Shown: positions 8,438-18,066, counted from the first letter of the stretch. The stretch is DNA of 39,941 bases from Bdellovibrionota bacterium FG-1 (GCA_051382295.1 JBBCAW010000140.1:1-39941); one strand, 5' to 3'. Translations and numbers: made by a program. The notes: generated by a model from the sequence alone, not told the origin.

Positions 8438-9240
8438 GTGTTTTCCTTAACGCCCCCTTTGCCGCCTAATTGAATAATCATGCCAGGCTCAAGGCTGAAC
8501 CAGCGGGGGTCTTTTCGATTTAACGCTCGGATTCGGCGGTGAACCGCTGACACCTCATTGCGGGCGTGATGAGTGACTCCGATCATTTGGATGGCAGTCG
8601 TTGGTGCCCATTCTTCAAGCCGTTTCAAATCCGCATGAACAGGAATATCGGTTTTTACTGTATAGATTTCCTGCAAAAGAAAGCCGACGTCTGAAACCAA
8701 AGCGCAGGTCGCATCCGTAATTTGCCCGTCACCGCTCACCGCAAAGGATCGGATACCCTTCCCGGTAAAGTCGACCCTCAGAGTATAATTCAAAACAGAG
8801 TGCGTTGTTTTCGCTGCCGTGACCCGAAGTGACTCCAACTGAACCCCAGCGGTATCGGAAATTTCGACAAACTCAAGCGGGAAGGATAGCCGAGCCAAGA
8901 GCCCGGGATACCCCAACTCGATCAGTTTTCGAATGTGCCGCTCACCACCCCGGCCGGCAACAATTTGGAGGGGCTTCTCGCGCCGCTCTTCCCAGTAACG
9001 ACAGATCAGCGGAACAATACCAAAAACGTGGTCAGCATGGAGGTGGGTCAGGCAGATCGTATCAATCTCTTTGTGGAGATCCAACCGCCAAAGGCGCTCT
9101 GGGATCTGATACCCGCAGTCAAAGAGTAGAGTTGGAATCCCTTTTCCATGCAAAAGGTAGGAGGCATTTCCGAGGCCCGAACTAAGGGCTTCCCCTGTGC
9201 CGATAACACAAATCTCAGGTCTGGCGGGCTTTGGTTTCAC
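8434..9240 (-). CDS. MBL-fold metallo-hydrolase (RNase Z/phosphodiesterase-like)
   Basis: IGTG, LFDCG, THLHADH, TTH, SGD, VH and THH motifs. GTG at 9240 follows GGAGG; the ORF track extends to 9390. Confidence 0.9.
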   Translation of the reverse strand: MKPKPARPEICVIGTGEALSSGLGNASYLLHGKGIPTLLFDCGYQIPERLWRLDLHKEIDTICLTHLHADHVFGIVPLICRYWEERREKPLQIVAGRGGERHIRKLIELGYPGLLARLSFPLEFVEISDTAGVQLESLRVTAAKTTHSVLNYTLRVDFTGKGIRSFAVSGDGQITDATCALVSDVGFLLQEIYTVKTDIPVHADLKRLEEWAPTTAIQMIGVTHHARNEVSAVHRRIRALNRKDPRWFSLEPGMIIQLGGKGGVKENT

Positions 9241-9460
9241 GGATGACCTCCAAAAGTTTTTCGGAAAGTTTTGCCAATTGAGAAATAGCGGCTTCGATTT
9301 TCTGACTTCCGGCCGTTTGAAGCTGAAGAAGGTCGGGTGTTGCAGGCTTACCCTCCCAGAGGGTCTCAAATGACCCTTGCATACAAGCAAGGCCCGAGCG
9401 CATTTCGTGCCTGATGCTACTCACTTGATTTTCGATCTCGGTAAGACTGATTGCCTTCAT
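9215..9460 (-). CDS. Stand-alone HisKA/DHp-like microprotein (81 aa)
   Basis: SSIRHEMRSGLACMQG resembles an H-box and is followed by a second amphipathic helix. SD GAGGGG. Fills the gap between the activator and the MBL gene. Confidence 0.62.
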   Translation of the reverse strand: MKAISLTEIENQVSSIRHEMRSGLACMQGSFETLWEGKPATPDLLQLQTAGSQKIEAAISQLAKLSEKLLEVIRETKARQT

Positions 9461-9471
9461 CGGATTTCCCC

Positions 9472-11040
9472 TCATTCAGCTGACTCCGTGCTTGGCTGGG
9501 ATGCCTTTCGAAGTTGTCTCTGTGACATTCCCAGTTCCTTTAACCTCATGCTCACAAATCCCTCAGAAACTTCCAGTGCTTTTGCGATCTCGGAATTCTT
9601 AGAAAACTTCTTCCGAGCATCCAACACCACTCGGCGGGCAATTGCCTCAACAAACTTTGAAAACCCCTGGAACTCCGCGTGACCAACTACGTCGAGTGGG
9701 CGACTCATAATCTCAGGGAGCGTTAAAGAGTTCTCAAGGCCCTGTATTTCTCGAAGCTGGACCTTCTGGGTCTTCAGCATCTTCTTCCATTGTGAAAGGA
9801 TCGGTACATCATTCTTGTCGCGATCACTCATGAGTAATAACTGTACCAGTTGATTCTCGATTCCGCGAAGATTTCCATCCGGAATATTGTCCATGAGATA
9901 TTGAATGAATCCATTCGGGATGTCATCAAAATGAACGTAAATACCGGCTAAGTCGCAGCACTTTGGCAAAACCGATCTCACAATTTCCGGAATATCCTCT
10001 CTTCGCTCCGTAAGGGACGGCACATGAATCGTGATGACTGATATTCGATAAAATAGATCCTCTCTGAATTTTTTTTCTCGTATGAGTTGTTGGAGATCTT
10101 TGTTTGTCGCGCAGATGAGGCGAAAATGACTGCGCCTGATTTGGGAACTTCCCACCCGGCGGAACTCCTTCTTATCTAATACTGTCAGCAATTTTGCCTG
10201 AAGATCCAAGGATGCGTCGCCAATTTCATCAAGAAATAAAGTCCCTCCATCTGCCGCCTCGACCAATCCAATCTTGCTATCCACCGCACCGGTGAATGCA
10301 CCTCTGTCATGTCCAAAAAGCTCACGCTCGGCGAGATTCTCCGGAACCGCCGACATATTGAGCTGTACGAAGGAGCCATTTTGTTTCAGATGTTGTTGCC
10401 GGAGGTTGTGACCAATGAGGGCCGCCACCGACTTACCTGTTCCGGACTCTCCGAGCATTAAGGCTGCGGCGTCTGACTTCGATATCACATCCACCTGCCT
10501 GCGTAGTCCCTGGATGGCTTCAGAGCTTCCTGGAAAATCCAAGCCCTTGCTTTCTTGCTGGCCGCGCTGGACGGCTAAACGGGTCGACATCAATACGAGA
10601 CTAGAATATCGAACGGCGTTTTTGAGCTGTTCAAGCAATAAATCTTTTCCATCTCCTTTAAGGACGTACCCGAATGCCCCGTTACGCATGGCTTGAACAA
10701 TATTTTGGCGGTTGTCATTTCCGGTAAGCATGAGAATTTGCGCATTCGGGCGGATCAACAAAAGCTCCGGAATGCTCGCGATACCGTCATGACGAGGATC
10801 TTCTTTGTCCTTCCCGAGGTCTTTGTCCAATACGATGACATGGACATCAGTTTTTAGGAGAACTTGAATCGCCTCAGCGATTCCACTGCACTCCATGAAA
10901 TGAAACCCCTGAGCCTGAATCGCATCCAGGCAGCGTGTCCTAAAGAGCAGTCTGTCCGCCTCCTGGTCATCCACCAAGAGGATTACCGGTCCAAGGACCT
11001 TGTCACAAGGTTGTTGATCGAATGCGGAATTCAAGTCCAT
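9472..11040 (-). CDS. Sigma-54-dependent NtrC-family response regulator (REC-AAA+-Fis HTH)
   Basis: LVDDQ...VLDKDL receiver, [40 protein letters not shown]-terminal HTH. ATG 11040 follows GAGG. Confidence 0.96.
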   Translation of the reverse strand: MDLNSAFDQQPCDKVLGPVILLVDDQEADRLLFRTRCLDAIQAQGFHFMECSGIAEAIQVLLKTDVHVIVLDKDLGKDKEDPRHDGIASIPELLLIRPNAQILMLTGNDNRQNIVQAMRNGAFGYVLKGDGKDLLLEQLKNAVRYSSLVLMSTRLAVQRGQQESKGLDFPGSSEAIQGLRRQVDVISKSDAAALMLGESGTGKSVAALIGHNLRQQHLKQNGSFVQLNMSAVPENLAERELFGHDRGAFTGAVDSKIGLVEAADGGTLFLDEIGDASLDLQAKLLTVLDKKEFRRVGSSQIRRSHFRLICATNKDLQQLIREKKFREDLFYRISVITIHVPSLTERREDIPEIVRSVLPKCCDLAGIYVHFDDIPNGFIQYLMDNIPDGNLRGIENQLVQLLLMSDRDKNDVPILSQWKKMLKTQKVQLREIQGLENSLTLPEIMSRPLDVVGHAEFQGFSKFVEAIARRVVLDARKKFSKNSEIAKALEVSEGFVSMRLKELGMSQRQLRKASQPSTESAE

Positions 11041-11292
11041 GGGCGCCACCTCATGACTCGTAGCGTAACTAATTTTATTTTACATAGCAATAGAATACTT
11101 TATGGCTAAAAATCTACGTTTTCGTAAAAGCCGATAAAAACACTCTTTTCTTCATGTGTGTGAAGAAATTTCTTTGCAGTTTTGAAATACGAAGTAAAAA
11201 AATCCCTTCTCGTTGACATGGCTGGTTTCAATAAATGTTATTTATGTAAACAAAACGTGACCATGCCGGTTTCTAGACCTCAAGTCCAATTT

Positions 11293-11309
11293 CCGGCACG
11301 AATCCTGAT
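11293..11309 (+). promoter_or_regulatory. Candidate sigma-54 (-24/-12) promoter for the transfer region
   Basis: CCGGCACGAATCCTGAT versus consensus TGGCACG-N4-TTGC, with GA at -12 instead of GC. Lies 56 bp before the 11365 ATG. Palindromes upstream at ~11115-11126, 11151-11164 and 11163-11174. Confidence 0.5.
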
Positions 11310-11364
11310 AAGGGCTTCCCACAATCGATGGAACACGCCATCGAAAAAATGAAGGAGTCCGATC

Positions 11365-11709
11365 ATGCAATTAGATACTTTTAATAAAATCCTGGGAGTC
11401 AGAACCCCCGTGGAAGTCTTCAGATGCTGCCCTCGCTGCAAATGTCCCCGTCTGTTTGACTTTGAAGGAGAGGTCTTCTGTCAGCGATGTTCGTGGACCA
11501 GCATAGACATTCACGCGGAGGTCCTCGCGGATGTCCAGTTACGTCGGCAGCAAGAACGGGCTGACAGTGCGTCAAATAGTGACCCCTTCGGAGCGGTCCA
11601 CCTCACTGACGGTCGAGCAACCACCCCTCACCGTAAGCGACTGTCTTCGCCGAGACGCCCTATCCAATCTAACCCAAGTATCAGGGTATCCCACCTCGAT
11701 ATCGCTTAA
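11365..11709 (+). CDS. Small zinc-ribbon protein
   Basis: CPRC-x12-CQRC; SD AAGGAG. Confidence 0.75.
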   Translation: MQLDTFNKILGVRTPVEVFRCCPRCKCPRLFDFEGEVFCQRCSWTSIDIHAEVLADVQLRRQQERADSASNSDPFGAVHLTDGRATTPHRKRLSSPRRPIQSNPSIRVSHLDIA

Positions 11710-11735
11710 ACAGGCCACAAAACGGAGAACGAACC

Positions 11736-11987
11736 ATGAACGAAGTACAAATGATCAGCGGTAAGGTTATTTCAATTAAACCCATTAAATGGCTCCAGTT
11801 GAAAGTAGCGTGTTCAATCATCGTAGCCGCCGCAAGGAGTAGTTTTAAAGCGATTGGCACTCAGCTCAGGGTGCTTGGAGTGAAATGGCGAGAAGAGGCA
11901 TTAAGGGGGGCCGAGATTGAGCGAGCCCTGGCGCGCGAAAAAGTGAGACTCCACGAACGATTCCCCTTTCGTGGGTATGGTCATTAA
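11736..11987 (+). CDS. Hypothetical protein (ICE leading region)
   Basis: SD GGAGA, collinear with neighbours. Confidence 0.65.
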   Translation: MNEVQMISGKVISIKPIKWLQLKVACSIIVAAARSSFKAIGTQLRVLGVKWREEALRGAEIERALAREKVRLHERFPFRGYGH

Positions 11988-12016
11988 ACACGGGAATAAC
12001 ACGAGGAGGGACTGAC

Positions 12017-12178
12017 TTGCTGAATAACGAATGGAAGGCGATCAAGGAACGGTTTTACAGACTCATCGGGAGCCTAAGCGTCGAAGAGATTATGTCTAAC
12101 CCGCCCCTGATCGAGAAGATCAAAACGGTATCAGGCCTACTCCTCGCATTGACGAGTGGCCAGAAAGGAAGAGCGTAA
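12017..12178 (+). CDS. 53-aa hypothetical protein (MLNNEWKAIKERFYRLIG...)
   Basis: Translated by hand. SD GAGGAGG before TTG; stop lies 2 nt before the next ATG. Confidence 0.6.
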   Translation: MLNNEWKAIKERFYRLIGSLSVEEIMSNPPLIEKIKTVSGLLLALTSGQKGRA

Positions 12179-12180
12179 TC

Positions 12181-12369
12181 ATGTTGGATGACCAAGCGCC
12201 ATTTTTGATTTTAATGTGCCTTTGCGTAGCGACTTATTTTGGAATGAGCCTGGCAGGTGTCAAAGAGCGACGTTCTCAACGTAAGGCATCAGAGGGTGAT
12301 GAGATGAGACTTTGTTTTACCAAACTAAAAAGGAGCAAGGAGGTTACCGATGTCGATTCACAAGCTTGA
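12181..12369 (+). CDS. Small single-TM hypothetical protein
   Basis: Hydrophobic N-terminus, tightly packed in the operon. Confidence 0.5.
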   Translation: MLDDQAPFLILMCLCVATYFGMSLAGVKERRSQRKASEGDEMRLCFTKLKRSKEVTDVDSQA

Positions 12370-12550
12370 ACGCGAGTTTTCAGACCTTTGCACGAAAATA
12401 TCGTTCAGGGAATTGGAACTAAATCCCGAAATAGAGCGTGAGTTGGGCGTGATCAAGCGAATGATCATGAAAGCAAAGTCCCGATTAAGAGATGCCGAAA
12501 AAAGGTCGGCGGCTCGGGTTGCCAAGCGGGCCCAGAGTGTCTTTGGTTAG
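12350..12550 (+). CDS. Small coiled-coil hypothetical protein
   Basis: SD AAGGAGGT, helical charged sequence. Confidence 0.7.
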   Translation: MSIHKLEREFSDLCTKISFRELELNPEIERELGVIKRMIMKAKSRLRDAEKRSAARVAKRAQSVFG

Positions 12551-12633
12551 TCCTGATACATTAAAAGAGGGTGATTTATGAGTTCCTGTGAGCCGTTTGT
12601 GCTCCGTCTTTGCGATGAAAATGGAGTTATTTT

Positions 12634-12984
12634 ATGGATTTCTCGAATCGAACCTATCATGAGGTTCTGCGTGGAGCGCGCGCGGGCCTTCCCGATGGGA
12701 ATTGTAAGCAATACATGGCGGGCTATGCACTCCGATTTGAAGGGGTGGGCTACTACGTACTTAAGCTTTGGTTTCAGCAGGAACGAAGTTATTTCATTCA
12801 AAAAAATCAGGAAGATGACGACACTTATTGCGTCTACAGTCGAAAGGTACTGGAAGGTGATGGCCAAGTCCGTTTCCTGAATCCGGTGGGTTACGCAAAA
12901 ATGACCCAAAACCAAGAGTCGCTTGAAATCGTGCTGCCCGATCTCCCTCGCCGCTACTACATGAGCTTGTTCGCCAAGCCCTAG
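12634..12984 (+). CDS. Hypothetical protein with a duplicated aromatic beta module (AGYA...YVLKL / VGYA...LEIVL), possibly ssDNA-binding
   Basis: SD GGAG. Internal two-fold similarity is loosely reminiscent of DUF736. Confidence 0.6.
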   Translation: MDFSNRTYHEVLRGARAGLPDGNCKQYMAGYALRFEGVGYYVLKLWFQQERSYFIQKNQEDDDTYCVYSRKVLEGDGQVRFLNPVGYAKMTQNQESLEIVLPDLPRRYYMSLFAKP

Positions 12985-13076
12985 CCAATCCAACAGAAGT
13001 TTCCCCGCCTTATGATGCGGCCCTGAGCTACTGTCCCAAATTTCTTGGGCGCCAACCTCTTTTTGGGAGGCGTTAG

Positions 13077-13358
13077 ATGAATCGAAATTGTTGGCTCTTA
13101 CTCGGAGTCGTGGCCGGAATTGGCCTTGCGATACCCACGATGGGTTACTGCTCCGTTGAGTCCTCACTTGAAAATGTTCAATCGAAGCTTGAAGTCCTGC
13201 TCCCGGTGCTTGCCACCTTGGGCCTTGGGTTTGCTGGCGTGTCGTTTCTCCTGGGTAGCCCCAATGCTCGCGGACACCTGATTCTGGCGATCATTGGTGC
13301 CGTCGTGGGATTTGGTGCCACGAGCATCATGGGCTTCATTCGACAAATCGTCCGCTGA
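13077..13358 (+). CDS. TrbC/VirB2-family pilin
   Basis: Leader plus two hydrophobic helices ending IIGAVVGFGATSI. First T4SS gene; SD GGAGG. Confidence 0.85.
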   Translation: MNRNCWLLLGVVAGIGLAIPTMGYCSVESSLENVQSKLEVLLPVLATLGLGFAGVSFLLGSPNARGHLILAIIGAVVGFGATSIMGFIRQIVR

Positions 13359-13442
13359 ACTGAAATGGAAGGGGCGGTCCAGTGCCAACCATTAGGGCGG
13401 CCGGGGCCGCCACCCTTTCTTGAACTTTATAGGAGGTCTCTT

Positions 13443-13781
13443 ATGTTCGACCCAGTCAGTTTACGATCAACGGCGGTCAGTCGTTGCCTTGAGAAAAAAC
13501 TTTTATTTTTTGGATTCGAGCTACCCGACGTTCTCATCATTTTTATTTTCCTATCGGCGCTCAATCTCGCGTTTGGCCGGACCCATTATCGCGTGGTGTT
13601 GGTGTGGGTCCCGGCGCTTGCGCTTGCCGGGGCGCTACGGGGCGCCAAACGAGGAAAACCCGATGATTTTCTGATTCATTGGGCGCGTTTTCATATCGGT
13701 CCACGGGCTCTCTACGCATTTTATCAACCGACCGTTCGTATCAATACGCGCGGAAAACTGATCTTGGAGGTTAAATTATGA
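13443..13781 (+). CDS. VirB3/TraL-like membrane protein
   Basis: LFFGFELPD, two TMs, KRGKPDDFLIH. SD AGGAGG; ATGA overlap with virB4. Confidence 0.75.
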   Translation: MFDPVSLRSTAVSRCLEKKLLFFGFELPDVLIIFIFLSALNLAFGRTHYRVVLVWVPALALAGALRGAKRGKPDDFLIHWARFHIGPRALYAFYQPTVRINTRGKLILEVKL

Positions 13782-16195
13782 CTGCCACTCTTGCTGATTA
13801 TCTTGAAGTCTGGGGTTTTGAAGCAGATTTTTCTCTTTTTTCTGATTCGTCGTTAGGATTTGGTCTGGAACTGCACCCACTAGACGTAAGCTGCTGGCAC
13901 AATGAGCGGATCAACGGACTCTCTGAACGGTTAGCGCAATTCCTAAACGCCCTGCCGGCAGGGGTCGATTGTCAGTTTGTGCAGGAGATCCGCGCAGGAA
14001 ACGCTGAGTTGATCGAGGCCCACAAGAAGCTTGCTGAGGGTTCCGGTAGTGCAGCTGGCATGGCTATTTGTGAGGGGCGCATCGAAAAGATTCGGCGCCT
14101 GGATTCTGAGGGCCGCGTGCCCTACCACGGCCTCAAACTTTATGTCCGACGCCCCGCCGATAATGCACTTCTTTCCAAACCCACATTCCTATCGGCCCCC
14201 AAAAAATTTCAGGTCCAAGCGCAGACGAGATTGGAGCGGGATCTAGAAGCAGCACGAAGACTGAGAGAAACCATCGAGCAGGGGTTGCGCGCCTTGGGTA
14301 TCCAAACCCGACCACTCACACCGGACGAAATCTATCATGAACTTTACCGGTCTTGGAATCCTACTCGCGCCATTGATGCCCCCCAATACGACCCGGAGGA
14401 CGTGCGCTCGTCCGTGATGTTGAGTGACGTTGAGATTTCGGAGGTCGGGTTTTCGATCGCGGGCTCCCATCACCGGGTGATTTCGCTCAAAATGCTTCCT
14501 GATCAGACTTTTGGGGCGATGGCCGCCGCTCTACGAGAGCTACCGTTTGATTCGCGCCTTCATCTTTCCATTCATCTCCCCAATCAAACAAAGGAGATCG
14601 AGTCGCTTCAGATGCAGCGGCGGCTTGCTTATTCAATGGCGCGCAGGAAAAAGTCAGGAGTTTCGGATCTCGATAGTGAGGCCAAGTTTCAGGATCTCGA
14701 AACTCTCCTTGAGCAAATGATCGCCACTGGCGAAAAGGTGTTTCACGTTTCGACCAATGTCATCTTGCGATCCACTTCGATCCGGGAGTTGGAGGATCAG
14801 GTGGCCGAGACGCTTCGGGTGCTGCGGGACCTGGGGGGTGCCGAGGGGCTGGTTGAATCCATCGCGGCATTTCCGATCTTTTCGGCCCTCAGCATCCCCA
14901 ATGCTCGCGCTAAAGAACGAGCCAAGCGGGTCAAGACCTCAAACCTGTGTGATCTACTCCCGGTCTATGGGCCATGGCGGGGGTATTCGAAACCGTCGAT
15001 TTTGTTGCGCACTCGGCAAGGGAGCCTTTTTTCGTTTGACCCCTTTGCCCCGGAGCTTGCCAGTAGTAATCAACTGGTCAGCGGTGGGGCTGGGTCCGGC
15101 AAAAGCTTTTTGACGAATATTCTGCTGCTTCAAATCCTCAATGAAAATCCTAAAATCTATTTCGTTGATATCGGGGGCTCCTACAAGAAGCTGTGTGAAA
15201 ATCTAAAAGGTCAGTACCTTCCGCTTGGCGTCGGCGCGGGGCTTGCCTTCAATCCATTCGATTTGGCCGAAGGAGAATCCCATCCTTCCCCCCAGAAGAT
15301 CAAATTCTTGGTGGGTTTGATCGAACTCATGACCAAGGATGACGAATTAGCCAGGCTCCCGAAGCTGGAACGAGCCGAGATCGAGGACGCCATTGCACGC
15401 CTCTATAAGACGAACGCCAACCCCAGACTCTCGCACCTACGCGCAGCGCTTCTCGAACATACTGAGCCTGAAATCCGGAAATATGGACGAATTCTCGGTC
15501 CTTGGTGCGGTGAAACACCGTTCGGTCAGTTCGTTGATCGCGACACGAATATCGCACTCCATCGGCCAATCGTAGCCTTTGATTTGAAGGGCATGGAGTC
15601 CTACCCCGACCTGCAAGCGGTCTGCCTCTACATCATTACCGATTTTGTATGGCGCGAAATTCAAAAAGATCGCAGCCAAATGAAATTTCTGGTTTTCGAT
15701 GAGTGCTGGAAGCTTCTGAAGAATGACGCCGGGCTGGCATTTATCGAGGAGGTGTTCAGAACGTTCCGAAAGTACAATGCTTCGGCCATTGCCATCTCTC
15801 AGGATATTGACGACTTCGCCAAATCCAAGATCGCAGGAGCAATCCTGCCTAATTGCGCCATCAAGTGGGTATTGATGCAGCAGAGCAGCGACCCGATCCG
15901 AATTAAGGATGCATTGGACTTGAATGAAAACGAAATGGGACTTATCAAATCCTTGAAACAAGACCGGGGCTTGTACTCAGAGGCATTCTTGATTGCCCAA
16001 AAAGAACGCATCGTTGCCGTCATTGAGTCCACGCCGCTTGAATACTGGATTGCAACGACTGATCCCAAGGATCTGGGAAAAATTGAGGACGAAAGTAGAA
16101 ATGAACCCGACACGGACCCCGTGGAAATCCTCAAACGACTGGCAGAAAAGTATCCGCGCGGTGTGGCCACCTCGAACCAGGCGGAGACCAGATGA
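13778..16195 (+). CDS. virB4: VirB4/TraC-family conjugative ATPase
   Basis: GGAGSGKS Walker A, VDIGGSY, FNPF, FLVFDECW Walker B, RTFRKYN, ISQDIDD. Confidence 0.96.
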   Translation: MTATLADYLEVWGFEADFSLFSDSSLGFGLELHPLDVSCWHNERINGLSERLAQFLNALPAGVDCQFVQEIRAGNAELIEAHKKLAEGSGSAAGMAICEGRIEKIRRLDSEGRVPYHGLKLYVRRPADNALLSKPTFLSAPKKFQVQAQTRLERDLEAARRLRETIEQGLRALGIQTRPLTPDEIYHELYRSWNPTRAIDAPQYDPEDVRSSVMLSDVEISEVGFSIAGSHHRVISLKMLPDQTFGAMAAALRELPFDSRLHLSIHLPNQTKEIESLQMQRRLAYSMARRKKSGVSDLDSEAKFQDLETLLEQMIATGEKVFHVSTNVILRSTSIRELEDQVAETLRVLRDLGGAEGLVESIAAFPIFSALSIPNARAKERAKRVKTSNLCDLLPVYGPWRGYSKPSILLRTRQGSLFSFDPFAPELASSNQLVSGGAGSGKSFLTNILLLQILNENPKIYFVDIGGSYKKLCENLKGQYLPLGVGAGLAFNPFDLAEGESHPSPQKIKFLVGLIELMTKDDELARLPKLERAEIEDAIARLYKTNANPRLSHLRAALLEHTEPEIRKYGRILGPWCGETPFGQFVDRDTNIALHRPIVAFDLKGMESYPDLQAVCLYIITDFVWREIQKDRSQMKFLVFDECWKLLKNDAGLAFIEEVFRTFRKYNASAIAISQDIDDFAKSKIAGAILPNCAIKWVLMQQSSDPIRIKDALDLNENEMGLIKSLKQDRGLYSEAFLIAQKERIVAVIESTPLEYWIATTDPKDLGKIEDESRNEPDTDPVEILKRLAEKYPRGVATSNQAETR

Positions 16196-16884
16196 AACGG
16201 CCCCTCGTTGCCCTTCTGATGACGGTCAGTATCATTCTATACCCCAGCGAACTGGCGCAAGCCGATTTGTTTGGCGGGGACGTGGCGGTTTTGGTGAATA
16301 TCCTGGCAAATGCCCTTCAACAGCTTTCACAGCTGCGAGCCATTGTGGGAACAGGAAATGATACGCTCGGAGTTTTAAGAGAGGTGAATCGCGGCATTAA
16401 CGACTCGCTTCAGCTCTATAAGACTATTAACCCAAACGCGGACCCCGGCATGTTTCGAGAATGGTCAAATGCCCCTGCGGCCTTTCACGGAGTGACGGAT
16501 CTCTATGGCACAGTCGTCCCATCCAAGGACTCCCGCATTCAGACGAGTACGGACCAGAGTGTGGCCGAGGCCGTTGCGCTCAATAACTCAATTTACACCT
16601 ATACGCGGGATGTCGATGACATCGGTGAGCAAATCAAGAGCTACAGCCACACCGTTTCACCCGGTGGTGCCCAGAAACTCACGGCGGAAAGCATGGGGGT
16701 CATGCTTCATGTCATGAATACGAGCCTTCGCGCCCAGGCGACCAGCCTAAAGATCCAAGCTGAGGTGCTTGCTTTGCAGAATCACAAAGACAAAGAGGCT
16801 AGTCGAGAGACGACCGAAGCCAGTGAGTCGCTTAAGGCCGCAGTTCAAGGTGAATCCCCAAAATTTGAGATGCCGCGCTTCTAA
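16192..16884 (+). CDS. VirB5/TrbJ-like exported T4SS protein
   Basis: Signal peptide, DVAVLVNILANALQQL helix, position after virB4. Confidence 0.65.
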   Translation: MKRPLVALLMTVSIILYPSELAQADLFGGDVAVLVNILANALQQLSQLRAIVGTGNDTLGVLREVNRGINDSLQLYKTINPNADPGMFREWSNAPAAFHGVTDLYGTVVPSKDSRIQTSTDQSVAEAVALNNSIYTYTRDVDDIGEQIKSYSHTVSPGGAQKLTAESMGVMLHVMNTSLRAQATSLKIQAEVLALQNHKDKEASRETTEASESLKAAVQGESPKFEMPRF

Positions 16885-16917
16885 ACCGAAGCCCAATTTT
16901 TAGGAACCGAGGAATTC

Positions 16918-18066
16918 ATGCACGATCTTTCGTGGCTATCATCCGAAGCCAAGCAGATCCATGCGCTGTTTGAACAAGTATTCTACGGCCTCACGCTCGT
17001 ACTCCTCCTCATCGGGGTGGTAACTGAGTTCTTCAAAATGCCGCTAGGGGGAATGCCTCAGTTCTCGCAGCTGGTGGGGCGTCTCTTGATAGCAACCCTG
17101 CTGCTCGTAACCTATTCCGAGGTCAGCAACACAATTGCAGATTTTGGGGACGCGGTATCCAATCAAATCGGATCACTCAACAGCATCAAGCTCGTATTGT
17201 CCCGTTACTACGACAAACTTTTCCAGTTTCAGATGTCTTGGACCTCAATCAAAGACTCCATTTTAATGTTGATTTCGTTTGTAACGTTTTTTCTGCTCTA
17301 TATTTCGGTCTACATCGCGGACGCGGCCATCACCTATGCATGGGTATTGCTTTATGTATTTTCACCACTTCTGATCGCGCTCTTCATCTTGCCGGTGACC
17401 AGTGGCGCAACCAAAGCGCTCTACCGGACCCTTTTTGAGGTGATCGCTTGGAAAATCGTCTGGTCAGTTTTGGCGACCTTGCTTTGGAGTTCAGCTCTTT
17501 CGCAAATCAATCAGCCACAGAGCAAAATCAACTTTATCACGGCGGTATCCCTCAATCTGATCTTGGCAGGCTCCCTTTTGCTGACGCCACTTGTGGTTAA
17601 CGCACTGGCCGGCTCGGGACTGGCGAGCCTGGCTGCCCAAACCGCAGGCATCGCCGCCGGGGCTGCTGCGTTCAACCCTGGTCAACTGATGGCTCAGATG
17701 AGCAAAAGACCGCCGAATCGTGGGCCTGGCGGTTCCCCTCTGGGTGGTGGCGGCCCTTCACCGGCAACTCAGTTTGGATCGGGGTTTCAAGAAAAGTATG
17801 GCGAACGAAGAAATGCGCCACCCCAGGCGAGGCCGACTCCAACGCCGATGTCCAAGTCGGTTCCTAAGTCCGTTCCTAAGTCCGTTCCTAAATCAGTGGC
17901 CCCGGTAAATCAGGAGAAACAACGGGCGGCGTCCGTGACATTTAAGGCCGCGACGGCAAAATACACCCCTCCTGCCAACCGTTCTCAGTACAAAAAACAG
18001 CCCGTTCAACGGGAGTTATTCAACGAGTCCCGGAAGCCTGATGGCTCAAAGTCTAAAGGAGATTGA
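16918..18066 (+). CDS. VirB6/TrbL-like polytopic membrane protein
   Basis: Five to six TMs, SPLLIALFILP motif, low-complexity cytoplasmic tail. Confidence 0.8.
   Translation: MHDLSWLSSEAKQIHALFEQVFYGLTLVLLLIGVVTEFFKMPLGGMPQFSQLVGRLLIATLLLVTYSEVSNTIADFGDAVSNQIGSLNSIKLVLSRYYDKLFQFQMSWTSIKDSILMLISFVTFFLLYISVYIADAAITYAWVLLYVFSPLLIALFILPVTSGATKALYRTLFEVIAWKIVWSVLATLLWSSALSQINQPQSKINFITAVSLNLILAGSLLLTPLVVNALAGSGLASLAAQTAGIAAGAAAFNPGQLMAQMSKRPPNRGPGGSPLGGGGPSPATQFGSGFQEKYGERRNAPPQARPTPTPMSKSVPKSVPKSVPKSVAPVNQEKQRAASVTFKAATAKYTPPANRSQYKKQPVQRELFNESRKPDGSKSKGD
17854..17901 (+). repeat. 12-bp tandem repeat encoding (KSVP)3-KSVA
   Basis: AAGTCGGTTCCT AAGTCCGTTCCT AAGTCCGTTCCT AAATCAGTGGCC. Confidence 0.9.

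Noticed and set aside
9241..9390. N-terminal extension of the MBL ORF
   Set aside because: Overlaps the DHp microprotein; GGAGG-GTG at 9240 is a better start just before the first MBL motif.
12547..13167. 206-aa minus-strand ORF
   Set aside because: Antisense shadow of two well-supported plus-strand genes.
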